From Chitinophagales bacterium (GTDB taxonomy: Bacteria; Bacteroidota; Bacteroidia; Chitinophagales; CAIOSU01), in assembly GCA_041748615.1 (NCBI GenBank), contig JBGTCY010000259.1, forward strand, positions 1-50,507: a stretch of 50,507 bases of DNA, given 5' to 3'. The stretch's first letter is position 1. Each line of letters opens with the position of its first letter. Below are positions 9,682-19,058 of this stretch, in pieces. A program made the position numbers and the translations under genes. The notes under the pieces are model-generated. The model saw only the letters and a list, made by a program, of their open reading frames with translations, ran no database searches and was not told the DNA's origin.

Positions 9682-12600
9682 TCAAAACGCCCTCCCCACG
9701 CCTACTACCCACCTGAACTGAAAATGGTCAGGCGACACTGCCGGGGTGTGGCTGAGGAACAGCGGCATGTCGAAGCGGAGCGTCAATGGTTTTAGTTTTT
9801 CAAACGGCTCGAATTTTTTAATCGTGAGCGCAACGCCTGCGCCCGCATCGGTGCGGAAATTGGAAATCGCTTCGCTAATCGTGTTAATCCCTTTGTTGTA
9901 AACGATGAAACCGCCATCGGCAAACAGATACACATCGAGGTGCAGGTAGTTGCTGAGTTTTTTCGGTTTCCAGTTCACCAAGCCGTCCAAATCCAACTCG
10001 GCATTGAACGAGCCGCCCGAACTGCCGCGGTATGCCGTGAACGCCTGTCCACCGCTTTCTTCCACCAATAAATAACCCGCGTAGCCGCGCACATTCAGCC
10101 CGCCACCGTGATGAAAATGATTGACGTCATTCCCGAAACCGCCCACCCATGCAGGCGGGAAATACCCTACCGAGCGGGTGAAAACATTCTCCATCATCTC
10201 CTCCGGACTGGCTTGCGCGAAAAACAGTGCGCTTTCGGGCGCGGGGTTCGAGCCGGTGCCATACCTGCCATGCAGACGTGAGCGCAGTTCCAATTTCCAA
10301 AAACGGAAGCTGTTCGTGTGTGTCGCCTGCAAATAATGATAATCAAAATCGCTGGCGATCCCGTTGCTGCGAAGCGTGAGGTTGAACGTGCCGTCAGCAT
10401 TAGTCTTTTTGTAGCGGTGGTTCATTTCCACATTCACCGTGTTGTTGATTTCATTCGCGCCTCCCCACTCGCCCGGATACAGCAGATAATTCCGCTTGGC
10501 GTCACGCGGGCGGTTGAGCAGTTTCATGTATAAAATAATTTCGGTATTTTGTTTTTTGCCCACCCGCACATCAGCGCCTAATTTGTACGCCTCTAATCCT
10601 TCGAAATACAGTGCACTCACAAACACGTTGGAATTTCTGAGCAGTTTATCCATCGTGGTGCGATAATCGAAGCGGTAATTAATCGGGTCAAAATTTCTTG
10701 TTGTTTCCTGCGGAAAGCCGAACCGCTCCGCGCTGCCCCTGCCGAGCGTTGTGATGCCCCACACCGTGAGGCTAAAGCGGTGTTTATAGTTCAGATAATT
10801 ACCGTTGAGGTGCAAGCCGAGTTTGATGCCGTCATACGCGTTCCACCAGATTGCCGGTCGCCAGTACATGCGGTAATTTTTCCAGTCGGGATAATTCCAT
10901 ACCTGCGAGTCGAAGCGCAACTTCACTCTGCGCGGCTTCGAATTATCCGGCATATAGACGTCCGCGAGCCGCTCGCTCGGGTCAATCACTACACTTTTGA
11001 TTTTATCCGGCAGCGCCACAGTCGCGGTGTAAACCGGATGCAGTTTATCCCACCCGTGCCATTTCGGAAGCACTGTCGCGCTCGTCTCTTTCAAAAACCA
11101 TTGATTGGGAATATGAAAATACAGACTGTCATTGCTTCTCGTAGTAATCAAAATATCAAGCGGCATTTGCATGCGACCTTTTCGCTTAAAAGTAATCGTG
11201 TAGATATGGGAGTTTTCAGTTGTAGTCTCTAAGTCGCGGGTCAAATAGTCGCGAGTCAAAGTGATTTGGGATTTTTCACTATTAGCAATAAAAGTATTTT
11301 CATCCATGACATTCCCCGACCCGCGACCCGCGACTAATTGACTTTCGACTATCTGACCCGTGACCGTTTGACCTTCGACCAAACCTCCCCCGTCCCCTGT
11401 CCCCTGCCCCTTGTCCCTTGTCCCTCCCTCGCCACTCGTCCCCCGTCCCTCGTCCCTACTTATCCGTTGCCTCAACGCCCCATCTTTCACCCTTCTCACT
11501 CTGCCAATCCTGTAATCCACATTCTTCATCGTCTCCAACCACTGGTCGAAAAACCAATTCAAATCCACTTTGGTGAATTGAATGAATGCGTTGCGGAAAT
11601 CTTCGGGATAGGGATGCGCGAATTTCCACCGGTCATAAAAATGCAACATCGCTTGCGTGAACAGGCTGTCGCCCAGCACATATTGCAAGTTGTACAACAT
11701 CACGGAAGTTTTGCTATACACATGCCGGTAGCCGCCACCCTGCCGGAGTGCGCCATGAAAACCATCGGAGTGCGTATTGAGAAAAGCATCTTCACCGGTC
11801 ACCGCGTCTGACAGATACCCCCAATAGGAAGTTGTTGTTCTTGCATCTACCGGCTCGCGGAATTTCCGCTTGTAGCGGTTTTTCGGAATAGCAATACGCC
11901 TGTCATATTTACCTTCGAGTGCTTCAAGCGCCCAGGCAGTGAGGAACTGTGTCAGGCCCTCGTCCATCCATGCGCGATACGTTTCGTTTGTACCGATGAT
12001 GCCGTAAAACCAGTTGTGCCCGACCTCGTGTGCTATCAGCCCGTGGTTGGATGGTTCCAAGCCTCCGCACAGCGTGAGCATCGGATATTCCATGCCATCC
12101 CGCGCGTCCGCCACTACCATTTTGTGATAGCCGTACATGCCGAAATCATTTGAAAAAAGTTCAACACATTGTGCGGTAAACTCCGCCACCGTCTGCCAGC
12201 GTGATGCATGTGGTTCTTGCACGAGCGCGATGCACTGAATGCCGTTCCACTCCGTTTCCCCGATACGATAGTGCGGGTTGGCGGTGAACGCAAAGTTGTG
12301 GACGTTCTCTGCATAGAAATGCCACTTCTTGCGCTCACCGGGGATATAGGGAATGATTTCACCGGGTGCGGAGTAGAGCGGTTTTTCACGGAAAAGTTTA
12401 ATGTCCAATTTTTCACGAAGCGTATCGGGCAACACCTCTTCGCGGTTTAAAAGATTGCCGGTGGCTTCCACGATGTAATTATTCGCAAACGTAAGCTCGA
12501 CATCAAACGTGCCGAAGTTGGCGTAAAACTCACGTCCGAGATGCTGGTCGGTTGTCCAGCCGAACTTGGCGTCATACACGCAGATAATCGGATACCAATG

Positions 12601-13203
12601 CACGCCATTGAATTGTTTTGCTCCATAGCTTGTAAAAGCCTTGTTGCGTCTGCGCACGTTGCCATCCAACTGGAAATACGTTTTGAACTCCACTTCGAAA
12701 AAAGTGGAAGCATTCGGCAGCAACGGTTTATTCAGCTTAACACGGAAAACCGTGTTGTCCAACTCAATTTCCATATCTTCTCCTTCATGCCTGAATGATT
12801 GAATAGTGGTTCCAAATCCTTGTTTTTCGTAATGACCGTACTCCACTTTCACCTGATTATTTTTTTGCAGGTTATCCAAATAAGAGCCGGGCTGATAGGC
12901 GTTTTCATACAAATGAAAAAACACCTCATAGAGCGTATCAGGTGAATTGTTCCAATAAGTGAGTTTCTGGCTGCCGGTGATAATGTCCGTCAACTCATCC
13001 ACATCCGCTTTGATTTCATAATGCACATCTTGTTGCCAGTAGCCGGGATGCGGGAGTTTGTTTTTCCAATAAAAAGGATTGTCCGCATTGCGGAAGGTAT
13101 TAGGGGGCGATTGAGGGTTGTAGCTTGTCTGTCCCTGACCAATACTGAAACCAAAAGATAAAATGAAGCAAATAAAGATTTTGAAAACGGTTGATGATGT
13201 CAT
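9682..13203 (-). CDS. M1-family zinc aminopeptidase with C-terminal Omp85-like beta-barrel
   Basis: Signal peptide after ATG 13203; YWQQ, GMEYP, HEVGH-X18-E (WMDEG); C-terminal region has VRGY, FADGG and a terminal Phe. Confidence 0.88.
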   Translation of the reverse strand: MTSSTVFKIFICFILSFGFSIGQGQTSYNPQSPPNTFRNADNPFYWKNKLPHPGYWQQDVHYEIKADVDELTDIITGSQKLTYWNNSPDTLYEVFFHLYENAYQPGSYLDNLQKNNQVKVEYGHYEKQGFGTTIQSFRHEGEDMEIELDNTVFRVKLNKPLLPNASTFFEVEFKTYFQLDGNVRRRNKAFTSYGAKQFNGVHWYPIICVYDAKFGWTTDQHLGREFYANFGTFDVELTFANNYIVEATGNLLNREEVLPDTLREKLDIKLFREKPLYSAPGEIIPYIPGERKKWHFYAENVHNFAFTANPHYRIGETEWNGIQCIALVQEPHASRWQTVAEFTAQCVELFSNDFGMYGYHKMVVADARDGMEYPMLTLCGGLEPSNHGLIAHEVGHNWFYGIIGTNETYRAWMDEGLTQFLTAWALEALEGKYDRRIAIPKNRYKRKFREPVDARTTTSYWGYLSDAVTGEDAFLNTHSDGFHGALRQGGGYRHVYSKTSVMLYNLQYVLGDSLFTQAMLHFYDRWKFAHPYPEDFRNAFIQFTKVDLNWFFDQWLETMKNVDYRIGRVRRVKDGALRQRISRDEGRGTSGEGGTRDKGQGTGDGGGLVEGQTVTGQIVESQLVAGRGSGNVMDENTFIANSEKSQITLTRDYLTRDLETTTENSHIYTITFKRKGRMQMPLDILITTRSNDSLYFHIPNQWFLKETSATVLPKWHGWDKLHPVYTATVALPDKIKSVVIDPSERLADVYMPDNSKPRRVKLRFDSQVWNYPDWKNYRMYWRPAIWWNAYDGIKLGLHLNGNYLNYKHRFSLTVWGITTLGRGSAERFGFPQETTRNFDPINYRFDYRTTMDKLLRNSNVFVSALYFEGLEAYKLGADVRVGKKQNTEIILYMKLLNRPRDAKRNYLLYPGEWGGANEINNTVNVEMNHRYKKTNADGTFNLTLRSNGIASDFDYHYLQATHTNSFRFWKLELRSRLHGRYGTGSNPAPESALFFAQASPEEMMENVFTRSVGYFPPAWVGGFGNDVNHFHHGGGLNVRGYAGYLLVEESGGQAFTAYRGSSGGSFNAELDLDGLVNWKPKKLSNYLHLDVYLFADGGFIVYNKGINTISEAISNFRTDAGAGVALTIKKFEPFEKLKPLTLRFDMPLFLSHTPAVSPDHFQFRWVVGVGRAF
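11232..11457. repeat. composite short-repeat array inside the M1 peptidase CDS
   Basis: AGTCGCGGGTCAAAT-like x2 (11232-11260); inverted YGAC-based 7/8-bp units (11317-11381); YGTCCCY heptamers (11391-11457). Confidence 0.85.
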
Positions 13204-13424
13204 TTTGAATAAATACAGTTTGTTATCGCAATAAATATGGTATAAAATTTTGCAGTTACATCTGCAATAGAAGATTACTGCTGAATTGCAAAGTAACAAT
13301 AATTCAATTTTTAAACTAAATCCGGAAGCAGATTCGCTTTTTTAAAAGATGTCAAAGGTGCAGTGAAATCAAATAGAATTGAGGAAGGATTCCACTTTAT
13401 AAAGTAAGCTTCGCCTAAAAAGTA

Positions 13425-13457
13425 AAAACCCCTATGAGAGTTGTTCACAGGGGTTTA
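13425..13457 (-). terminator. intrinsic terminator after tRNA-Asp
   Basis: AAACCCCT...AGGGGTTT stem followed by T-rich tract on the minus strand. Confidence 0.7.
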
Positions 13458-13465
13458 GTTTTATT

Positions 13466-13542
13466 TGGCGGACCGGACGGGACTCGAACCCGCGACCTCT
13501 GCCGTGACAGGGCAGCATTCTAACCAACTGAACTACCGATCC
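13466..13542 (-). tRNA. tRNA-Asp(GTC)
   Basis: Reverse complement GGATCGGTAGTTCAGTTGGTTAGAATGCTGCCCTGTCACGGCAGAGGTCGCGGGTTCGAGTCCCGTCCGGTCCGCCA; encoded CCA. Confidence 0.98.
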
Positions 13543-13562
13543 TTGCTTTTTAAAAGCGATTG

Positions 13563-13570
13563 CAAATATA
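13563..13570 (-). promoter_or_regulatory. -7 promoter element for tRNA-Asp
   Basis: TATATTTG on the minus strand, 20 bp upstream of the tRNA. Confidence 0.65.
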
Positions 13571-13670
13571 CAGCGTTTTTTATTTTTTCATCAACGGATT
13601 TTATTCTTTTTGCGACCCGGTCAATATTTTCCGACTGATAATTTACATATCTTTAGCCCCACGTTAAGTT

Positions 13671-14651
13671 ATGGTTTATCTCGATTTTGAAAAACCCATT
13701 GCTGAGTTACAGGAGCAATTGGATGTCCTGCTTGCGCAATCTGCCGGAAATGGAACGGATGTTTCACGGAATATCAAAGCGTTGCAAGAGGGGATTAAGT
13801 TAAAAAAGAAGGAAATTTACGGCAGTCTTACCACTTGGCAAAAAGTACAGATTTCGCGTCACCCCGACAGACCTTACACTCTTTTTTATACAGAAAATAT
13901 TTGCGAGCGTTTCATAGAATTGCATGGTGACCGCCATTTTGCCGATGATAAAGCAATCGTAGGCGGATGGGGCGAAATGGATGGGCAAAGCATTATGTTC
14001 ATCGGCCATCAAAAAGGCATTAATACCAAAATGCGGCAATACCGCAACTTCGGAATGGCGAATCCGGAAGGGTATCGCAAGGCGCTGCGGCTGATGAAAC
14101 TGGCGGAAAAATTCAACAAACCGGTGGTTACCCTGATTGATACGCCCGGAGCCTATCCCGGTTTGGAAGCCGAGGAACGCGGACAGGCTGAAGCCATCGC
14201 GCGTAACATTTATGAGATGATGCAACTGCGTGTGCCGGTGATTTGTGTGATTGTAGGCGAAGGCGCTTCCGGAGGAGCTTTGGGCATTGGGATTGGCGAC
14301 AAGGTGGCGATGTTGGAAAATACCTGGTATTCCGTGATTTCACCGGAATCCTGTTCTTCTATTCTCTGGAGAAGCTGGGAGTTCAAAGAAAAAGCCGCGG
14401 ATGCATTAAAGCCGACAGCAACAGACATGTTGAAAGCCGGATTGGTGGATGATGTCATCAAAGAGCCGCTGGGCGGAGCGCATCATGACCCTGAAACGAT
14501 GGCAAATACCCTTAAGAAATATTTGCAAACCCAATTACCCAAACTGAAGCGCATGAGCGCGGAAGAGCGCATCGAACGGAGAATTGAGAAATTTTCTTCC
14601 ATGGGAAAATTTCTGGAAGTTGATGCCGAACTAAAGTCACTGAAAGAATGA
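13671..14651 (+). CDS. accA: acetyl-CoA carboxylase carboxyltransferase alpha subunit
   Basis: [55 protein letters not shown]. Confidence 0.98.
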   Translation: MVYLDFEKPIAELQEQLDVLLAQSAGNGTDVSRNIKALQEGIKLKKKEIYGSLTTWQKVQISRHPDRPYTLFYTENICERFIELHGDRHFADDKAIVGGWGEMDGQSIMFIGHQKGINTKMRQYRNFGMANPEGYRKALRLMKLAEKFNKPVVTLIDTPGAYPGLEAEERGQAEAIARNIYEMMQLRVPVICVIVGEGASGGALGIGIGDKVAMLENTWYSVISPESCSSILWRSWEFKEKAADALKPTATDMLKAGLVDDVIKEPLGGAHHDPETMANTLKKYLQTQLPKLKRMSAEERIERRIEKFSSMGKFLEVDAELKSLKE

Positions 14652-14652
14652 T

Positions 14653-15177
14653 ATGTTCAGGAAATTCAGAACACATGCCCATCATTTTTTTCTCAAAAGG
14701 AAACTGAAGAAAAATCAACATCCGCGTAAAACATTCAACTACTGGAATGCCGCTAAAATCATCGTGTTAGTGGATATTACTATCCCGCAAAATCTCTCCG
14801 TGGCAAGAAAATTGGTTCAAAGCCTGAAAACACAGAATAAAAAAACGGATATTCTTGCATACATCGAAAAGGAACGACCTGGGGAAGCCATTTCGGTGGA
14901 TTATTTTTCCGGGAAAGACATCAATTTATTTTATTTTCCGAAACAAGCAAAAGCATTGGAATTGATGAATACAAAATATGATTTGTTAATTAATCTTTGC
15001 ACGGAAGAATGCTTGCCGCTCGAATATATTTCCGCGTTGTCAAAAGCGAGTTTCAGAACCGGTAGGTATCTCCCGGATAAAACTTATTGTTATGATTTGA
15101 TGATTGAAACTTCGGGAAATAAAAGCGCTGAATATTTAGCAGGGCAAACAGAACATTTTTTAAAAATGATAAAATAA
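14653..15177 (+). CDS. conserved Bacteroidota hypothetical protein (DUF6913-like)
   Basis: KDINLF..PK, YDLLINL, SKASFRTG, YDLMIE pattern; 1 bp after accA. Confidence 0.65.
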   Translation: MFRKFRTHAHHFFLKRKLKKNQHPRKTFNYWNAAKIIVLVDITIPQNLSVARKLVQSLKTQNKKTDILAYIEKERPGEAISVDYFSGKDINLFYFPKQAKALELMNTKYDLLINLCTEECLPLEYISALSKASFRTGRYLPDKTYCYDLMIETSGNKSAEYLAGQTEHFLKMIK

Positions 15178-15515
15178 AAAACCTACATAATCTGCCACAG
15201 ATTCGCAGATTAAGCATTCCGGTAACCCGGAACGGAAATAACAAAACAGCAATTATCAAATAGCAAATAAATTCAAATTTTCAATTCAAAAATACAAGGT
15301 GAGCGGTTATTAGAGAAAGGACTTTTTTGCTTATGGTAAAAATGATACTATGAATGATGTGAAACACTTCATCGTTTGGAATTCCAATATTTTATATTGT
15401 GTATTATTTTATATTTGTGCTTTGATTTTTGATTATTTTCTTGACAACATGTTGGTAAAAGTTGAGCGTTAAGTGCCTATTTAATTATTTGTAAAATCCT
15501 TTCGAAAACACTGTC

Positions 15516-17447
15516 ATGCAACAGGACGAACAACCCTTCATCAGCCCTTCAACCATCCTGCCTGAAACGACAGTAAAAGCCCTGATTCTTGGCTTTATTC
15601 TTTCAGCGGTGCTTGCCGCTGCCAATGCCTATCTCGGATTGCTGCTGGGAATGACCGTTTCCGCATCTATCCCTGCTGCGGTGATTTCGATGGCGGTGTT
15701 AAAACTTTTTCGCAAAAACAATATCCTTGAAAATAATATCGTGCAAACTGCAGCCTCCTCTGGCGAGTCGCTGGCGGCAGGTGTGATTTTTACTTTACCC
15801 GCATTGGTGTTGATGAATTACTGGGCGGATTTTAATTATTGGGAAACCACCGCCATCGCGCTGACGGGCGGATTACTCGGAGTACTCTTTACCATTCCAT
15901 TGCGCAAGGCATTAATCGTTCGTGAAAAACTGAAATTTCCGGAAGGGGTGGCGACAGCCGAAGTTTTAAAAGCCGGCAATAACGGCAGCGCTTTGTTAAA
16001 ATATCTCATCACCGGTTCATTACTTGGCGGGGGAATCAAACTCATCGTGGAAGGGTTGCAGTTGTGGCAGTCGAAATTTCATGCTGGAGTCATTCTGAAC
16101 GGGAAAGCATTTCTCTACTTCGGCACTTATCTCACACCTGCGGTGGTTGCAGTTGGATACATCGTGGGGTTGAATATTGCCGTACTCGTTTTTCTTGGCG
16201 GGGCTATCAGTTGGTATGGCGCAATTCCCGGATACATCGCGCTGAACGGAGCGCCTGAAGGTTTAACCGCCACTCAAGCCGGATTGCAAATCTGGAGCAC
16301 CAAAGTGCGCTACCTTGGTGTAGGGGCGATGATAGTAGGCGGTTTATGGGCGATTTTCAGCATCCGTCAATCATTGGGCAGCGCGATGAAGCAGGGATTG
16401 GAAGCATTCAAAAAAGCAAAAGATTCAACAAAAACTTTACGAACGGAATATGATACTCCGATGTCATGGGTGCTGATAGGTATCGGAATTTTATTGGTGC
16501 CGGTTTTCATCATCTACCTGCGTGAAGTGCAGTCTGTGGCGCTTTCTTCTTTAATGACGGTGTTGATGGTGATTGCGGGTTTTCTTTTTTCCGCGGTGGC
16601 GGGATACATGGCGGGCTTGGTAGGCAGTTCCAATAACCCGATTTCTGGCGTAACGATTGCCACCATTCTCACTTCCGCTTTGATACTTGCCGCTTTGCTC
16701 GGTACTGATTCGCCTGTGGGCGCGGCATCCGCCATTATGATTGGCTCGGTAGTATGTTGCGCTGCTGCGATTTCAGGCGATGTGATGCAAGACCTAAAAG
16801 CAGGTCATATTCTGGGCGCTACTCCCGCGCGTCAGCAAGTGATGGAAGTGGTGGGAGTTACAGCAGGCGCTTTGGTGATGGCTCCCGTGCTCACACTGCT
16901 AAACAACGCTTATCAAATTGGTTCTGAAAAATTATCCGCTCCGCAAGCATCTCTCATGCGCAGCGTTGCGGAAGGCGTGTTTGGAGGAAACCTTCCGTGG
17001 AACATTATTTCCATCGGAGCGCTCATTGGAGTTATCGTGATTGTTTGCGATTTGATTTTGCAGAAAAGAAATTCTTCCTTCCGGATGCCGGTACTGGCAG
17101 TTGCGGTGGGAATGTATTTGCCACTTTATCTTGATACCGCAATTTTCATTGGGGGCATTATCGCTTGGTTAGTCAGCAGGTTTTACAAAAAAAATGAAAA
17201 CAATCCCCGTCATTTAGAAGCTAAACAATCAGCCGAAAATGCAGGATTGTTGTTTGCCTCCGGATTAATCACCGGGGAAGCATTGCTTGGTATTTTTCTC
17301 GCCATTCCGATTGCCGTAAGTGGGAATGATAAAGTATTAAAAGTTTTTGATTATGAATTTCCTTCGGTGATGGGATTAGCGGTATTGTTCGGATGTTGTC
17401 TGCTGCTTTACAATGCGGTGAAAAAAGGCTATCACAAAGCCGGATAA
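15516..17447 (+). CDS. OPT-family oligopeptide transporter
   Basis: NAYLGL..GMTVSASIPAAVIS, ENNIVQT, FPEG, GSSNNPISG, QDLKAG, APQA, ASGLITGE. Confidence 0.95.
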   Translation: MQQDEQPFISPSTILPETTVKALILGFILSAVLAAANAYLGLLLGMTVSASIPAAVISMAVLKLFRKNNILENNIVQTAASSGESLAAGVIFTLPALVLMNYWADFNYWETTAIALTGGLLGVLFTIPLRKALIVREKLKFPEGVATAEVLKAGNNGSALLKYLITGSLLGGGIKLIVEGLQLWQSKFHAGVILNGKAFLYFGTYLTPAVVAVGYIVGLNIAVLVFLGGAISWYGAIPGYIALNGAPEGLTATQAGLQIWSTKVRYLGVGAMIVGGLWAIFSIRQSLGSAMKQGLEAFKKAKDSTKTLRTEYDTPMSWVLIGIGILLVPVFIIYLREVQSVALSSLMTVLMVIAGFLFSAVAGYMAGLVGSSNNPISGVTIATILTSALILAALLGTDSPVGAASAIMIGSVVCCAAAISGDVMQDLKAGHILGATPARQQVMEVVGVTAGALVMAPVLTLLNNAYQIGSEKLSAPQASLMRSVAEGVFGGNLPWNIISIGALIGVIVIVCDLILQKRNSSFRMPVLAVAVGMYLPLYLDTAIFIGGIIAWLVSRFYKKNENNPRHLEAKQSAENAGLLFASGLITGEALLGIFLAIPIAVSGNDKVLKVFDYEFPSVMGLAVLFGCCLLLYNAVKKGYHKAG

Positions 17448-17566
17448 GGCAATAATACAGTATAACTTTCTTAAAAAATCTAAAATCTAACATCTGATTT
17501 CTGATAATAATACATAAGTTTAAAATGTTATTTTGACAACATTACTAAGTGCAAGAATTATTATAA

Positions 17567-17745
17567 TATCATGATTGCTTAAACTGGCACGGTTATAATC
17601 TCATAGATTGCCAATTGCATGAATTTGTGGACATCTGGAAAGACATCAAAACCGCTCCTTCCATCAAAGACAAAATTCGCTATCTCTATAAACCTCCCGG
17701 ATGGAAACATGATGGAAGCGGGATGACAGTGGCTGACATGAGAAT
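17567..17745 (+). pseudogene. orphan C-terminal remnant of a sterol desaturase/fatty acid hydroxylase family gene
   Basis: GYN...HEFVDIWKDIKTAPSIKDKIRYLYKPPGWKHDGS resembles this family's C-terminal tail; in-frame TAA at 17564 upstream and no His boxes. Confidence 0.6.
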
Positions 17746-17756
17746 CGGGGGAAACC

Positions 17757-19052
17757 TCAACTCTTCAACCTCGGGTCCAGCGCATCGGTCAAGCCTTCAC
17801 CTAAAAGATTGAATACCGTGACGGTGATGAAAATCGCGAAGCCGGGGAAGATGGCAAGCCACCAGGCTTCGGGTGCCTGACGAGCGATGGAGAGCAGCTT
17901 GCCCCACGTCATCACTTCCGCTTGCACGCCAATGCCGAGAAACGACAGCGCAGACTCGGTGAGAATAGCGCCCGCCACACCGAAAGCAATGCTAATCAGC
18001 ACGGGCGTGATAGAGTTGGGGATTGCATGACGGAAAATAATCCTCCATTCGGGATAGCCGAGTGCTTGTGTCGCTTCGATATATTCAAGGCTGCGCACAC
18101 GCAGGAGTTCGCCCCGGATAAACCGCGCGATGGACATCCAGGCGGTCATGCCGATGACAACCATTACAAGCATGATGGATGGTTTCGCAATTGCTACAAC
18201 TGACAGAATGAGCAGCAGTGTGGGAATGGAAATAAAAATTTCGATGATGCGCGAAATAATGATGTCCACAGGCACGGCAACCCGTTGACCCAACCACGGC
18301 AGTTTTTTCATCGGGATGGCTAAAATATTCGGGATTGCCATGAAGGCGATAAAGAGAAACATGCTGACATGTAACTGCACCACGAAACTGAACATGCTTT
18401 CTTCAAACGCGTCCGCCAATGTGTAGTTGCGCACGCTGAAGGCGTAGAAAAAAGCCAGAAAAATAAACAGCAGGTTGAGAATAATTCTGCCGCGCGTTAC
18501 TTTCAGCCGCTGGTCGCCAAAATAACCGGCTAATGAACCCAACAAAATTCCAATGAGCGAGGCGATGGACATGGACACCACACCCACCAGCATGGCGATA
18601 CGCGTGCCATGTATCATCCCAGAAAGCACATCGCGCCCGATTTCATCCGTGCCCATGAAGTGCAGCCATCGCCACGAAGGCACATCCTGTTTGTCAAACG
18701 GACCTTTGTACTGCACATTATTAATATCCATCTCGGTGGGCGAATAGGGAATGAGGGGCCAAATCACCGCGTCATATTTCACTTCTTTCCAGTCGGTTAC
18801 GTTGCGCAGTTCGGTGTGCCATTTGCCGATACCCGCGTCCACCATGTAGCGTTTCACAATCGGAAAATATGTCTTGCCATCTATTTTGCAATACACCGGT
18901 TTTTCATTCGCGAGAAAATCAGCAAACAACCCGATGAAAATCACCACGTAAATCATCCGCAGCGACCACACCGCGAGTTTGTTTTTCCGGAACTGCCTTT
19001 TGACAATCGCCCAATAACCCTGGTCAGCCTGTTGTTTGGTTGCTTGCGTCAT
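17757..19052 (-). CDS. peptide ABC transporter permease (OppC/DppC-like)
   Basis: HFMGTDEIGRDV, ARFIRGE..RVRSLEYIEA, HAIPNS, FNLLGEGLTDALDPR. Confidence 0.93.
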   Translation of the reverse strand: MTQATKQQADQGYWAIVKRQFRKNKLAVWSLRMIYVVIFIGLFADFLANEKPVYCKIDGKTYFPIVKRYMVDAGIGKWHTELRNVTDWKEVKYDAVIWPLIPYSPTEMDINNVQYKGPFDKQDVPSWRWLHFMGTDEIGRDVLSGMIHGTRIAMLVGVVSMSIASLIGILLGSLAGYFGDQRLKVTRGRIILNLLFIFLAFFYAFSVRNYTLADAFEESMFSFVVQLHVSMFLFIAFMAIPNILAIPMKKLPWLGQRVAVPVDIIISRIIEIFISIPTLLLILSVVAIAKPSIMLVMVVIGMTAWMSIARFIRGELLRVRSLEYIEATQALGYPEWRIIFRHAIPNSITPVLISIAFGVAGAILTESALSFLGIGVQAEVMTWGKLLSIARQAPEAWWLAIFPGFAIFITVTVFNLLGEGLTDALDPRLKS

Positions 19053-19058
19053 ATCCGG

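Noticed and set aside
11232-11457. CRISPR-like array
   Set aside because: Units are 7-15 bp without unique spacers, lie inside a CDS, and no cas genes are present
11338-11811. 157-aa plus-strand ORF with PCPLPLVP repeats
   Set aside because: Antisense to the M1 peptidase; the N-terminus is just the repeat array read on the other strand
991-13542. Genomic island integrated at tRNA-Cys or tRNA-Asp
   Set aside because: No integrase and no duplicated tRNA 3' end seen; only the AT-rich composition of part of the region is suggestive
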